Part shown: piece after piece, positions 38,701 through 51,870 of the stretch
Layout of the letters: every line of letters starts with the position of its first letter
Position numbering within the stretch: the first letter of the stretch is position 1
Assembly (NCBI GenBank): GCA_000320545.1
Contig: ADNK01000053.1
Coordinates: 62,001 to 126,000, forward strand
Reading direction: 5' to 3'
Origin: Bigelowiella natans CCMP2755
Lineage: Eukaryota; Protista; Cercozoa
DNA: 64,000 nt
Program-made: the position numbers and the translations under genes
The notes under the pieces: model-generated
What the model was told of the DNA's origin: nothing
What the model saw: the letters and a program-made list of their open reading frames with translations, nothing else
Database searches by the model: none

Positions 38701-41472
38701 ACTGGTTCTGAGAGCAACGTCACTGAAAGAAGACTGCAGAGAAGCAGGCTTCTCACTGACCTTGGAACGCTGGCAACGTTGGCTTCTGACACGGAGGAGG
38801 ACTCGATCGAGACACCGGTCGCCATCCTGGAGGATCTCACCATTGTGGACAACGCTGCGGATTTTCCAGTCGAGCAGCAAACGATAGCTCTTGCGCTTGT
38901 GGAAAACATAACTGATAGTGACCTCAACTCATTCTCGGACACTGTAGTTGCGTCATCAATCGGCACGCTGAGCAATATCCTCAGCCTGGCGCAGGCTGGC
39001 AAGGCCTCTGACAGGATGAGCACCGGAAGTTCGGTACTTAACATTTTAGAGAAGCTTTCCACCGGTTCCACGAGCGCAAATCTAGTCGAGGGGGAGGAGG
39101 CGCTGGAGTATACATCTGGTGAGATTACTCTCGCGTCGCAGCTCGTCAGTCCTACCAGCATAGGAGAAACTGGGTCAATGTTCTCCTCCTCGAATGGCTA
39201 TGGACTAAGTGTTTCTGCGGGGACGTCTCTCCCCTTAAACGTGTCTGGAGGATCCTTAAACGTGATGATCAGTACCACGAGCAGTGCACCTATTTACCCT
39301 TCCAACGATTCTCGTTCTACGGCTGGCTCCGTCACTGTTGTGCTTGGGCAAGATGGCAAGGGACTCGACATAAACGGCATTGACCCTCCTCTTCAAATCA
39401 CTATCCCCGCACCAACCTTGGGGAACTCTTCCTCCTCGCTGTCACCATCATCGGTGATCTCACCGAAATGCACATTTTGGAACACAACGCTGCGTGAATA
39501 CTCCGATGCTGGCCTGACATTTGTCAGTAATAGTACAACAACCAATGGTACAAGAGTCCTTGTCTGCAATACTACGCACCTCACCACATTCCACGGTGAG
39601 ACTGAGACCTCCGTCAACGTTAATGAAATCTCGGAAGACGATCTTACTGAACCAGAGGAAATATTTTCCCCGATATCAAACCCTGTATTCGCCTTCTGTT
39701 TCTCGTTGCTTCTCAGCCTCCCTCTCGCTGCCTTCGTCGCATATCGCAACGACAGTAGGAAGCAAACCGAGGAGGCGGTCAAATATTTCTGGAAGCGCAT
39801 CCGCTTCAACACAGAATCGACGGTGCGGAGGGAGCGCAGCTGGGCGCTCTTTCGCAAGCATTTCCACTGGCAAATGAAGCGCGGACACGTGTGGCTTGCG
39901 GTTTTGATCCACCCCAACGGCGATTTCCTCGATGGGATCAAGCGCACAGTGATGCTCTACACTCTGCTCTTCAACTCTTTTACGGTGTGCACTTTGCTTG
40001 TCGGCCAACGCCAGCAGGTTCCCTTTCTAAGCTCCATGCTTTCAGCTTCCCTCGTCGCCATGGTCCTGGCCTTCCCTATCCCTTATTTTACTACGATGTT
40101 CCTCAAGCGAAAGATACCCTCCACCATGGCAATAGATCTCTCCACATTGGTCGCCCGCCAGATTATCCTGGTGAAGTTCCTGCTCTTTTTGTTCACGGAC
40201 ATCGATTTAGGCATGCTCGGTGGGGGGGGGGACGCAGAGGCTGCGGGTGGAGAGGCGGGGGATATACGAGGAGACATGAAATTAGCCGGAGATGCTGGCG
40301 GCGGAGGTGGTCTTGCAAAGGGCTTGGATCTCGGGGATAGGGCAGATATTCGTGTCGCAGGTGACGCTGGAGGGGGCGGGGGGAGAGCGCGTGGCTTTTC
40401 CGTGGCAGCTGGGGCTGTGGTAGGATCGACGTGCTGCGGGACGTTTGTCTGGAAAACCAAACAGGCCGATAACCTTACATACACGGTCAAAGACGTAGTG
40501 ACGCTTAGTTTCTGCGTGCTCGTGATGGTTGGATGCACGTTTATCAACTCAGTGCTGGCTGCACGCCTCGGCCTCGACTCGTTCGAAGCTATTCTGGTAG
40601 CGCTGATCTCCTTCTGCGAGGACTTCTTCGTAAGGATCAACGCCATCTTTTGGGTGCAGATGATTTTCTTCAGCCCATTGTGTGCCTTCTGCTGCTGCTG
40701 CTGCTCCTCCTGGCAAGCATCCATTAACAAGCGAGATTCTGTGGAACTACAGATGGCCAGCACTATGATCGCAGTCGGCAACAACTGGGTACCCGGCAAA
40801 GAAGTTATATTCGAGGATTATAAAAGTCCCGCTCTCGGGATCTCATATCACAACTGCATGGTTACGGAGGTGAAGCCTGGGAGTGAAGCGGAGAGCGAAG
40901 GCGTTCAGATTGGGTGGCAGATTGGGGAGATATGCGGTCTGGAGACGCATAATGATGCCGAAATCGACAAAGAACTAAAACAGCTCGAGCGGCGTTGGAA
41001 ACAGAATCGTAGTCCTTTCAGTGTGAAATTCACGCACCCTTCTGTGAAGCACTTGAACCCTGGCCCACTCTCCATGGCCTCCCGGGAGGCCCGGAACGAA
41101 ATTTCACGAAGTATCCGGACCTTCTCCGATAGTAGTACTCGCAGTCTGTCTGGGGGGACTAGCAAAACATTTTCGCGTATAGGCTTCTCGAAGATGACTG
41201 CAAGCAGTATTTCAGTAGGCTCAAGTATGTCAACGCCTAGGGCAGCTTCAAGTATATCAACGCCTAGGATATCTTCAGCTATATCAACGCCTAGGGACCA
41301 ACCAAAACGTCAGCATCGTAAGTTTGCCAGCGTTTTGTCAAGAATTGATGATGGCGACGAGGGGGGCACCAAAGCTGAGGACATCTCTCTTGACCCCTCC
41401 ACGCCCCAAAGTGAAGCTAGTTCTGACCGAAAGTCTTTCGTGGATAGAAATGCGTCGAAACTGTCGATTTGA
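31751..41472 (+). CDS. Polycystin-1/REJ-like receptor: signal peptide, NHL-type beta-propeller, Ser/Thr/Pro mucin stalk, REJ, GPS, multi-TM region, PDZ-like domain
   Basis: Signal MLSKAARHYLLVLALATLQPLSFA. About 18 small exons carry NHL-like motifs (AGCADGTVENATFQIPQGMAAD, LYICDAGGNNLRK, ADGPLDIARVKKPFG, VYFTDTGTVR, TVAGKGTSNYIDGSGTRASFGSPAGI). A 5.7-kb terminal exon has REJ motifs (FDAKASYDP, LVYSWS, VNAPPSLGSCYSSPSFGLALSTTFVLSCSGWEDTDTPLLYSF), GPS CTFWN...CNTTHLTTF, PKD1-like HVWLAV...F...KR, and PDZ-like LGISY..CMVTEVKPGSEAESEGVQIGWQIGEICG. Confidence 0.88.
35833..36158 (+). repeat. Coding 60-bp minisatellite (about 5.4 copies) encoding PSTSPLPATNSPSSGSPSTH
   Basis: Near-identical 60-nt lines in the sequence with only a few synonymous differences (cca/cct, ggg/gga). 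Confidence 0.97.
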
Positions 41473-41543
41473 TACACATTGCCAGGAGAGTCCAGGCATG
41501 CTTATCCACGTTGATAAGCGGGTGCATCATAGACAACGCAATG

Positions 41544-41582
<39 letters not shown>

Positions 41583-41914
41583 CTATGTCTATTATTTATC
41601 ACTAAATTCTGTCTGCTGTTTGTCATTCAATTTGTAATTTTGACTACTGCATGTTTGCATACATGCATTATGATATTTATATGTATATGAGACAGAGGTA
41701 ATGAATAAATTACATTCTATCAATGGTCGTCCTAGTGTAACGGTGTGAAAGGGGATAGCTACATTGCTTAAGTTATATCGCTCTGTTTCAGCCATTACTT
41801 GTTTCATGTTCGTACGGTCCAATTTCTAGATGTGTTGTGCTGCTGCTGTATAGCACTGGAGCATGCGCGTGTAAGCGTATTACCATGCAAATATATGGCG
41901 TAGACTTTCGGTCA

Positions 41915-41974
41915 GCAAAATCGTGCTATAGTGCAATGCATGCGCAAAATCGTGCTATAGTGCAATGCATGCGC
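41915..41974. repeat. Perfect 29-bp tandem duplication (gcaaaatcgtgctatagtgcaatgcatgc x2) in a convergent intergenic spacer
   Basis: Read directly from the sequence. Confidence 0.9.
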
Positions 41975-42190
41975 TTTACTTTATAATAAGCTATCGACTG
42001 CATGATGTTGACTATTTTGAGCACTTATATAATTGTTTATTGGATAGCTAGGATAGCACACCGTGTGACATGCGAATGCTTACGCAGGAGAATTCGTCGC
42101 AGCGCAATGCCAGCACCATGAAAAAATAAAAGTAAGATGCCCATGATGATGCTCATGGACAAATAATATGGCAAAATGACATGAAAAATG

Positions 42191-42957
42191 TCACATGCAG
42201 TATCGTAATAGAGGCCTCCTGGTAGGATTCACAAATGAGCTAATGTCTTCTTTCGCAAATGAAACCTTAGGTTTCAGATGTTAGTGTTCCATGAAAACTC
42301 CCCTTTCCTAATATGATGATCTTACAGCCTTACTGCATAGGTCACCACGTCAACGCACCGTGAAGCAACGGTCACAAACACGAACCTAAGTATAACGATG
42401 CGCACACTTTTATTGACCAGGAGGCCTCCATGTATATCATATATCAACCCGTTGGTCGAGTACACAAGCAGGCGTGTGTGAATAAATGATGGACAACGAT
42501 AGCAAAAATACTTTTCATCCACGAGTACCTCTTGCCTTTCGTCGATATGCTTGAGAAGCATCTTATGGGAAGAGCACTTTGCACAGCATAGGCACCTGAG
42601 GAGGAGGTCAGAGGGGCATACAAACACCAATGATCACACACACACAAACACACACACACATAGACAGACAGACAGAGATACAGCTTAATGATTTCATATT
42701 TAAATATGTTAAATCACATATAACCAATTATAGAGGAGGTGATATATGCTTCCAGCTCAAATTCAAATAACAGAAAAGGGAAAGTGCTTCCTCTGCGTCT
42801 CACTATTATAACCTTTTCCATCTACCACAACTACACTACCACACGCACCCGCACTTCCGGCAATGATGGCGACGAGTGATAAAGCTGAACCTCTGGTCAC
42901 ATAGCTCACATTCGTTCTTATCCTGGAATTATAACGAAACGAAGACACACACACACA

Positions 42958-43025
<68 letters not shown>

Positions 43026-44931
43026 TGTGTGTATTTCTACGGGTGACTCAAGTTTTCTCTTCCGTCGTTCACAGATTTGTTATCATCATCAAGTTGTTGA
43101 TACTACTCACTTTGTCCTGGACCCACAGAGGAGCTGCCTGCTTGGTTTTGCGTCCGCCAGACTTCTCCACGCACTTCTTTATCTGACAACGAATAGGTAT
43201 AAACTACACGAGATGGTGGTGGTATGTGTGTGTGTGTGTGCGTGTGCGTACACCCATATCCATCTGCGGTACGGTTAAATTGTGCTTAAAAACACGGCAA
43301 CTCATGTTTCTTCACATGTTCTGCGGACGTGGAGGAAGATGAGATGTTTGGTCTCTAATGTCACTGACGAAGTGCTGGAGGTCTTTCTCCCATTCTCCCA
43401 TCTCCAACTCATCGTGAGCGCATATGATAAACGACTTCTGCGGCGACATAATTTGTAGCGCGAAGCTGGCCTGATGATGGCCATTGGAGGTTGCGGTTAG
43501 TGAATCGACGAATGACAAGGCGCTGATAATAGCAGCCAGCAGGAAAGAACACATTATCTCGCCCTACCGCCTCACAGGACACAGATGAAAATTGTATTGT
43601 TTCGCTCTAATAAAACTCTAAATGATTCCCCGTCGCATAACGAAGTCTTTGGAGCATTCTTTTTTTGTTTGGGAAAGCAGCAACAGCAGTCTCTACATAC
43701 CCTATCTGTCTTCTCCACTGAGACGTCCTCCAGTGCTATGCGACGGTGCAGAACTAGTTTCCCGCTCGCCATTTCCTAAGCCGCACACGGAACGTGAGAA
43801 GACGGCGATGACGTTTGGAATGCGGGGAGATGAGGGGGGGGGATTAAGGTACTATTGGAGCCGAAGTCATTTCTAGAGAAAGAAAATGTCTTCTCGTATC
43901 GCTGTCCTTTTCGAAATGATCAGGAGGATAAACTTTCTAGGAGTCGTGGACTAATGCAACGAGGATGGCACTGTTCCGGAGCGGTTTCGCTCGTATTGAT
44001 ACATGTTGAATATCATGTATTGTTGCTCGCTGCTGTTTAATACCTTGCTGCTATATAGAAGCACGTCATTGAATAGATGGAAGTAGAACTGTTGCTTCCC
44101 TCTCCGCGTTAGGCTGTATAAGTATGGCATGTGTGTGTGTGTGTGTGTGATTATGTGTGATTGTTTGTATGTTTGTGTGTGTGTGTTATGTCAAGGATGT
44201 AAGGGATCCAATCTCTGTACAATATGTCCATATTTTGCAGCATGCCCATCTCCCAAGACACGCCTCCCCTATAAGTCTCTCCTCTCTCGTACGTTCGGTA
44301 TTTACTACTCGTAAGGGTGTTTTCCAACAAAACGAGTGACTATGATCACTGAAATCATCCATTCTCGCAGTAGCATGCAGGATTGAATATATACATGGTA
44401 GCATTCACACCGATCTAATTTGCCTTCGCGGACAATAAAACGTCGTCGATTGATAAGATTCAACGGCTCGTTTGTTTTGGACTTCATGGTGCTTTGCAGC
44501 TGCTGAAGGTAATCGACACGCTTGGACTCGACCTGCAGTTGATTATTGCCTTAAATGCAAGTTTCTGACGAAAATGCAACACAGCAAATCTCCCAGACAA
44601 TATGGAGGATATCATCAGTGAATTTCTGCCTATGCAGAATGCTTAAAACAAGAATCCTCTCAGCGTTTTTTCTAATTGGTTTGTTGGTTCTTGACGAGAG
44701 CAATATGCTATGCAGGGAAGAGAGCTTCCTCCTCGTTTTGGAGGGGGGGATATGAGAATGGGTCATTTAAATGCCAACTTAATATTTTTATTGCCTTTAT
44801 TTGGTAGAGTTGATCCGTGTCGTGCTTCAGCCTGGAAGCAACCTCATTTACCTATTCCAGGTTATTATATATCAGAGCCAGAAACAACATTTTTGGTCTC
44901 TCTCTCTCTCTCTCTCTCTCTCATCGCGTCG

Positions 44932-44965
<34 letters not shown>

Positions 44966-45796
44966 TTGATAGCACACCTCCTTTTTTTCCGGATTAGAAT
45001 CCGCAGTGAACTTGGCAGCCTCTAAACAGGCCATGGTGCACGTAGCCAAATGCTGCAACGGGGCTTGCAAATAATACTCGATCTACACACACAACAAAAA
45101 AGCATTGCAAAGGAAGATAAGACAAAAAGAAGTCATGAGCCGATGCTGGCGAGAGAGACTAACACCACCAACACCGACGCCCCAGAGAGTAGAGAAGACG
45201 ATGGGAGGGATAAGACAAGTCTCCATCCGCTGTGTGTATACTAGATTCATCGTGCACTATGCTTCCGTATACCGAGTGTCCTGTTTGCTGCACGGCCTCA
45301 CTGAATCGCTCCACAAGCTGTGGTTGAGCGCGGAGGAGCCTCATCGCCACAGGCACCGTAGCAGCGTAGGCTTGGAATCTAGGGGAAAGGAGATATTAAG
45401 GGGGGGGGGGTGGATAGGGGGGATCATTAAAGATTACACATCAAAATGATGCTGATAATACATAGATCTCCCGATGTCTTGCACGGTGCGCATAATGGGC
45501 GACGACTACACACCATTCATATTTATGATGCTACTTCGCGCAAGGAAAACGTAATGAGAAGCAGTTATCATCATCAACGAAAGCGTCGCTAGGGCAGCGG
45601 AATACATGCTGAGAGAGAGCGCTGAAAGACGTGATAATGGCCGAGCGATGCGTACGGCCGTACTCCAAGGCTGGCCGAGGATTCGGATCAAATCCGTGCG
45701 AATCTTGTTGGTTATTGACCGACGACAACGACGCAATAATCACAATTATATCACAGCTTGTACGATTTCATTTGATCATTTTCTGGGCTGATGCAA

Positions 45797-45832
<36 letters not shown>

Positions 45833-46860
45833 ACTGTTGTGTCCTACCTTTCGATGCAGAGTGGATATGGGAGAGATGCTTTCAAACGCGACGCAGACCG
45901 GCACCGGAACCTCCAGTGCTCCTAAGCAGCAAGCGCATTGTTCCCCATCAAACTTGTGTCTATTTTGCGCAATGTCCATCGAATTGTAAATCGGCTGTCT
46001 GCTGTCAATTTAAACAGCAGCAGCGTGGCTCCACAGACGTGATCATTATGGGTCACATCTTTGTCTCGATGCGTAATGTAAGGAGAGAATGCTGAAAGTG
46101 CGACAACGATGAGTACCTATGACTGCTTTTCCGCTCTCTTTCATGTGTATACGCGAGAGAAAAGGCCGAATGAGAGTGCGCTGAAACGCCTTGATGTCAG
46201 CACAAAACTGCGACTCCAGCTTGAGCAGCCGTCGAAGCGCGTCGAAGCGAGTGTAATCCGTAGAGGGAGGATCGATCTCAAACACCTTCGCCTCCTGTTG
46301 ATCCTGAATAAACAGCATTGTGAGGCCTTGACATGGAAGAACTGAGAGCTCATATGAGATAAAATGTGCTATGCGCGAGAGATGAGGGGTCAGGGCTCAT
46401 AGCTATGTCAGTAAAAGACGAAGGAGACCGGCAAAGAACAATTAGATGTAGGAATGACGCAGAAATACTTCTCTCCATCACCTTCTTCTTGTTCAAACGA
46501 CCAAAGGTTATTAGGCGGAGCGGTGCTCATCATCATCATCAACAACAACAACAACGACATCGTATTCAATAAATTGATTTCTCAGTTCAACTAGATAATA
46601 CCTCGTTGTGCTCATGTGGCTGGTCTGTGGAGGGCATTGTCTCCGCAGTAATGCAAGATGCAATCGACAGGTTTGATGTGTGGTTCGTCATCGCTGTCAT
46701 TACGCTAGCCTGTAATTAAGACATGCACAATTTATCTTTGGGTGTGCGTTGATGTGTGTTTTGTATATCTGTGTAATGTTAATTTTGCGTTCACACGCGC
46801 GCGTGTGAGTGTGAGTGTGAGTGTGAGTGTGAGTGTTAGTGGTGAGTGAGAGAGAAAGAG

Positions 46861-46901
<41 letters not shown>

Positions 46902-47750
46902 TATCTTAGTATGGAAACGAATATTAGTTGGCATATTGCAATCCTCCTACAAATGTAAGTGCTGCACCTGCGAAGCCGTCGTTCTATGTTGAGGATTAGG
47001 AGGAGGAGAGGTAGATGAGCTAAGCTCCGTCAAGGCCGTCGATGTGCCAACATTGCTGCTGCTGCTGCTGCTGCTGTTTTTATTCTCTAGTGGATTGTGA
47101 GTAGGAGGAGGCTGCTGTTCCCGCTTTTGCGTAGGTGGTTGAGGCGGTGGTAGAGCCTTCTTCTCCTCTCCTTGGCCACTGTCCTTTCCCCGGGGAGGGG
47201 GAGGGCGTGGTACTAAAGGCATCTGGCTGCTACCAGAAACGACAGAAGCTACAGAGCTGGCCGTGTTACTACGAGCAGGGGGTGGGGGTGGCGAGGGCTC
47301 CTTCTTGACGCCAGCAGGGTCTGTCACGATTAGAGATGCTGCTGCTGCTTCGGTTGTTCTTCCTCCTGATCTAGCTGCACTCTCATCTAGCCTTAACGCA
47401 GTCGAGCCAGACTTGAGGAGAAGACTGGACCTGCAAGAGGAGGGAAGAGGGGAGGGGGGGCAAGAATATGTACCAACCTCTCGCATCTATGGGACATTGA
47501 TCGATTCTTAATGCTGCAATGTGTTTATGCTTTTTTCTGTCACTTTGCTACTTACCGGCCTCCTGGTGACCTATGGGATGAGGAGAGGCCAACGGTAGTA
47601 TTGCATTCATTGCACACACGCTGCTTCTGGGACTTTGAAATATTGGGAAGCATTCGACGGTGTGGTGAGCACTTTGAGCATACCTTTTGTTGATATAGTT
47701 GAACCAAACAGGTTTTTAATACATTATACATCTACGAATATAATTATACG

Positions 47751-47790
<40 letters not shown>

Positions 47791-50515
47791 ATATTTGTTT
47801 ATACTCTAAGTGCCCCGAAATCGCACTTACACTCACACATACTCTTTGCCTACTGCCTCATCCCTTATCTATCTATCATCGTCATGATTGTGACAAACCA
47901 GTCTTCCACAAACGCGACAGTGGTGTCGTCGATTGATAAATCCAAACTTCGATGAGCATAATTGGCATGTTGCACCAGCGGTGTCTTTCACCCACACCTA
48001 CAGGAACAGCATAAGAAGTGTTAAAAAGTAGTTGAAATGATTAGAATGTGATAGACGGATATGAAAAGTAAAACACTATAAATTCTTAAGATACTCCTCC
48101 GTGTAGGGTAACCATGCAACATATAGCAAACGCAAACACTCATTGACGCCATTTCTCTTTTCGAAAAACATGATAAACACACACACGCACATATTTAGAT
48201 GTACAAAATATAATTTCGTGTTTGATATAAATGCTGGGATCATCTTGACCGGAGCGATTGCGTGTTCTGCTGCAGTTGCTTCACTCGCCGTAAGGCTTCC
48301 TCCTTCCTTTGCCAACATCGCTTTACGCGTAGATTCGATGGACTCCTGGATGGACTTCATCCAGTCATTCTTCTCCTTCTGGTTTTCTGCCTCCACCACA
48401 AACGATTTAACAGGCGTCTCGACCTAGACCATGAAGAGGAGAGGAGAGGAGAGGTAATTTACAAAGAGTCATAGTGCACCATTATCATCATCATAATCCT
48501 CCTCCTCCTCCTCATCATCATATTCATCATCATCATAATCATCATCATCATGGATTGCAAGTAGCTGCTTCACATACAGCAAAAGTAAAGCCTCCGGTGG
48601 TGCCCCCTGTCGTTGCTAACGCCGTGTCGCTCACAGCACATGCCGGGGTCAAAAAGGACCGAAAGTTGAGCTTGAAAACACTGCCGGTGACCTTCCCCAT
48701 GACGCGCTTCTCGCTGTAAAGCAGCATGTCGTTAAAGAGGTGGAAGTAGCCCTTTTTGACTTTTGATCGGCGCGTCTGGCGATCTAGCGCTCCCTCCTTC
48801 ACCAAATGGCGGTTCTTCGCGTCGCCTTCAAGGAGGTCGACCTTGTCGGGGTCGTCCCATTGCTGGATGGATGATTACGAATGGTGATGAAAGGAAAGAA
48901 AAGGAAGAAGTAGAAGATGATGGTGTTAATGTTGATAGCGGTGACAATGATAACGGCAATAGCAGGTTCAGGGCTCAGACAACGACGTTAATACTCCTCA
49001 CAACTACTCTCCCGCTGATGCGAATACCCTTTGTAGCGTGTGCAGCTTCTCCTGATTTTCAGCTTGACGAATCGTTTCATTAACATGAGAAGCAATCACT
49101 TTGATCACCCCTAGTGCTTGTTCGAGGACGGAGTAGGATGGAGCGATAGGAGGGGTCAACTTCACCAATTCCTGTATGAGCAGCCGGTATCGAGGTACAC
49201 GCTGCACGGGTTTGATGAGGAGGAAGAATGGGGAGCCTTGGGGTACATGCTGTGCCCATCGCTTGCTTTGCTTAGGCAGATCTGCAAGCCACTCTTTCGC
49301 TGTTTGTTATTATGGTATAAAAATCATAATGTGTCGAACACAATGCGGCGGTGAGTTGTATTTGCGCGATTTCACATTCCAATTTGAGCTACCTTCTTTC
49401 TTCTCAAATGCTTCCCGAAAGAGTGCGCTGACTCGCTCATGCGACTCCGCGTAGTGCCCATAGACTGCTAGAAGCGGGGCAAAATCGGCGAAAACCTCGC
49501 CGACACCGATACCTGTCGAGCGCACTATCATCATCATCATCATCATCGTCATCATCATCATCATCATCACTGCATCCTTATGCCCTTGACAACCATAATT
49601 ACTACACCACTTTACCGTGCTCTTTCGCGGTGTTGAGTTCGTGCAGGAACTTCCGGTTGACGTCCAGGATGCGTCGCGTGTGAGAGAAAAATACCCTAAC
49701 CCTCGCGCGCTTTGACAGTTTATCGAGCTCAGGTGGTGGCTCTGCGCTCCCATTAGCTAAAGGTAGCATAAACTCGAGAAATAATACCGATAAAGAACAT
49801 ACATACGCCTCCTCCGTGTCTACAATCTCCTTTAACAGCTTCTTCCTCGTCTCTGCGTTTTTCTGTGCCTTGGATTTCTTCTCCCCTCCGGACGCATTCT
49901 TTGGGGCTGGCGGCTTGGCCGATTTTGGGGGGGGGTCCTTGCTGGAACCACAGACACCGCAGCGCGTCATCTTCTTGTGATTTCGGTAGTAGCAGACACG
50001 ACAGTGCCAGAGCTCTATTTTTTGAGGTGGAGGGGCGCCTTTAGGGATTTTAATGCGGGGTAAGGGCAGTTGGTGAGAGAGGAAGATTGCTGTTATTTTT
50101 TGTCGCACATTCTGCTCCGTATGTTTTCCTGTCGCTGTTGTTGTGAGTCGTATCGCGTTTCAGAAAAGTGAGAAGTGTAAATCATCCTCATCTTGTTACA
50201 CTTGTAATCATTTACGTCATATCATGCTACTATACGTGTGTTGCTGTGATTCTGGATATATACACGCTAGTATCAATGATGTCATACGGATTCCTGTCGC
50301 TCCAATGCCATTTGTGGCTGCACTTTGGCCGGTGGGTCTTGGTGCGAGCTTCGGAGCGGCGGAGGTTGAGTCGCCCTTAGATCACGGATGATAAAGTTGG
50401 TATTGGAAGTAAAAACGTTCAATTAAAACATGATTGGGAAATATAATTCTCATGATTGTGATTGCGAAGATAATGTATTTCCCTTCTCTACCAAACGTGC
50501 ACATGAAAATTTTCT

Positions 50516-50566
<51 letters not shown>

Positions 50567-51362
50567 ATGTATATATGTGTGTTTCATACTAATTTGCCAA
50601 GCGATTTGGGATGTTGAGTGGAGGCTTGGATCTTATTCGCAAGCTTCTTCACGTCAAACTTGGGTAGGGGTGGAGGAGGCATCCGGGGAATCGATGGTGG
50701 GGCCTTCTTCGACAATTTCTTTGTACTACTACTGCTACTACTACTACTACTACTATTGCCACCACTACCGCCTCCCCTGTAGACGCCATTTTTACGTGCG
50801 GCGGGACAAGCTGAGGGCGTGGTAGGTCGTTTATTGGAGCGAAATGATGGGGATTTAGGGTTTTTCTTGACTGGTGAAGAGAATGTTGGAAGAAGGTTCA
50901 GACTGACTTCCATGCTTGAATCGGATGAAGTTTGCTGTGGCTGCTGTTTCTTTTGCTGCTGCTGCTGCTGCTGCTGCGGACGTGATGTTGGTGGAACTGG
51001 TGACTTCTTTGTCCAAGAAGGAGTAGGAGGCGGGGGGTTGCCGCTGGAGCCCTGCCCCCTCAATTTTGCAGGCTTTCCCTTTGCTAACTTGTTCATCCAA
51101 CGTGAGGCGGGGGAATTTGTCGATTTGAGAGAAGAAGTAGTTGTTGACGTTGATGATTCCAAATCAACAGATTTGTGAGATTGCACCTTCTTCATGAGCC
51201 TTGATGGCAATGGCGCCTTCGGCAATGCAGGGGGGGGGGTTCTGAGGGTGTGTGCAATGATGGAAATGTTGGTGATAGCGATGATAACAGATATTAGGCG
51301 GAGATATTTAATACATGTATAGAATAGCTCTAGGTGCTTATCGTCTCCTGTAACTACGCGCG

Positions 51363-51415
<53 letters not shown>

Positions 51416-51870
51416 TGTGTGTGTCCGTGTGTATGTGTTTATGGTCTTGAAAGAGAATGGGAGGGGAGCGATTTTTGAATAGTGTGTTTGGTAGGACTTC
51501 CTCGTGATCTTAGCTCTTGGCGACAGATTTCTCTTGGTCTTGGGAACTGATACTTTGTTAAATCTATTCGTTTTAGGAGGGGATCTTTTCGGTCTCCCCG
51601 GTGAGACGTTTCTCGAGGTTTGAAACTTCGCCGAAGAATTGGACCCTGTGCTGTGTTTGCTTGCGTGCTGCTGCTTCTTTTGGCGCTGTATCTCTCCGCA
51701 ACCGGGGCAAAATTTCATATCCGGTGTAACCTAAAATTCAGCTATAATTAACTATCTCTGAGCGGAAACTTCAAGTGCATATTAATTTCTGTGCCTTCGA
51801 GAGAATAGCTTACCGGGTATCCGCAGCTTTTGCAGCCTAATTTGTGTCCACACTGATAACAGAACTTCAT
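42191..51870 (-). CDS. FGD/frabin-like RhoGEF: double zinc ribbon, Pro-rich region, RanBP2-type zinc finger, DH-PH-FYVE, Pro-rich linker, second DH-PH-FYVE
   Basis: MKFCYQCGHKLGCKSCG/MKFCPGCG; WHCRVCYYRNHKKMTRCGVCG. DH1: KEIVDTEEAYVCSL...LLIKPVQRVPRYRLLIQELVKLT...IASHVNETIR. PH1: LVKEGAL...YFHLFNDMLLYS...SFVVEAENQKEKNDWMKSI. FYVE1: WVKD...CQLCSSKFGFINRRHHCRVCGRLVC...RVCNEC. DH2: LRRLLKLESQFCADI...SPLQHL. PH2: IVREGKL...FYFHLFNDVLLYS...SPQKSFII. FYVE2: WVQD...CELCDQRFSFITRRHHCRKCG...RVCDRC. Confidence 0.92.

Noticed and set aside
35822-41165. Many antisense and alternate-frame ORFs over the polycystin-like exon
   Set aside because: They are shadows of the long coding frame and its 60-bp repeat, with no independent domain signal.
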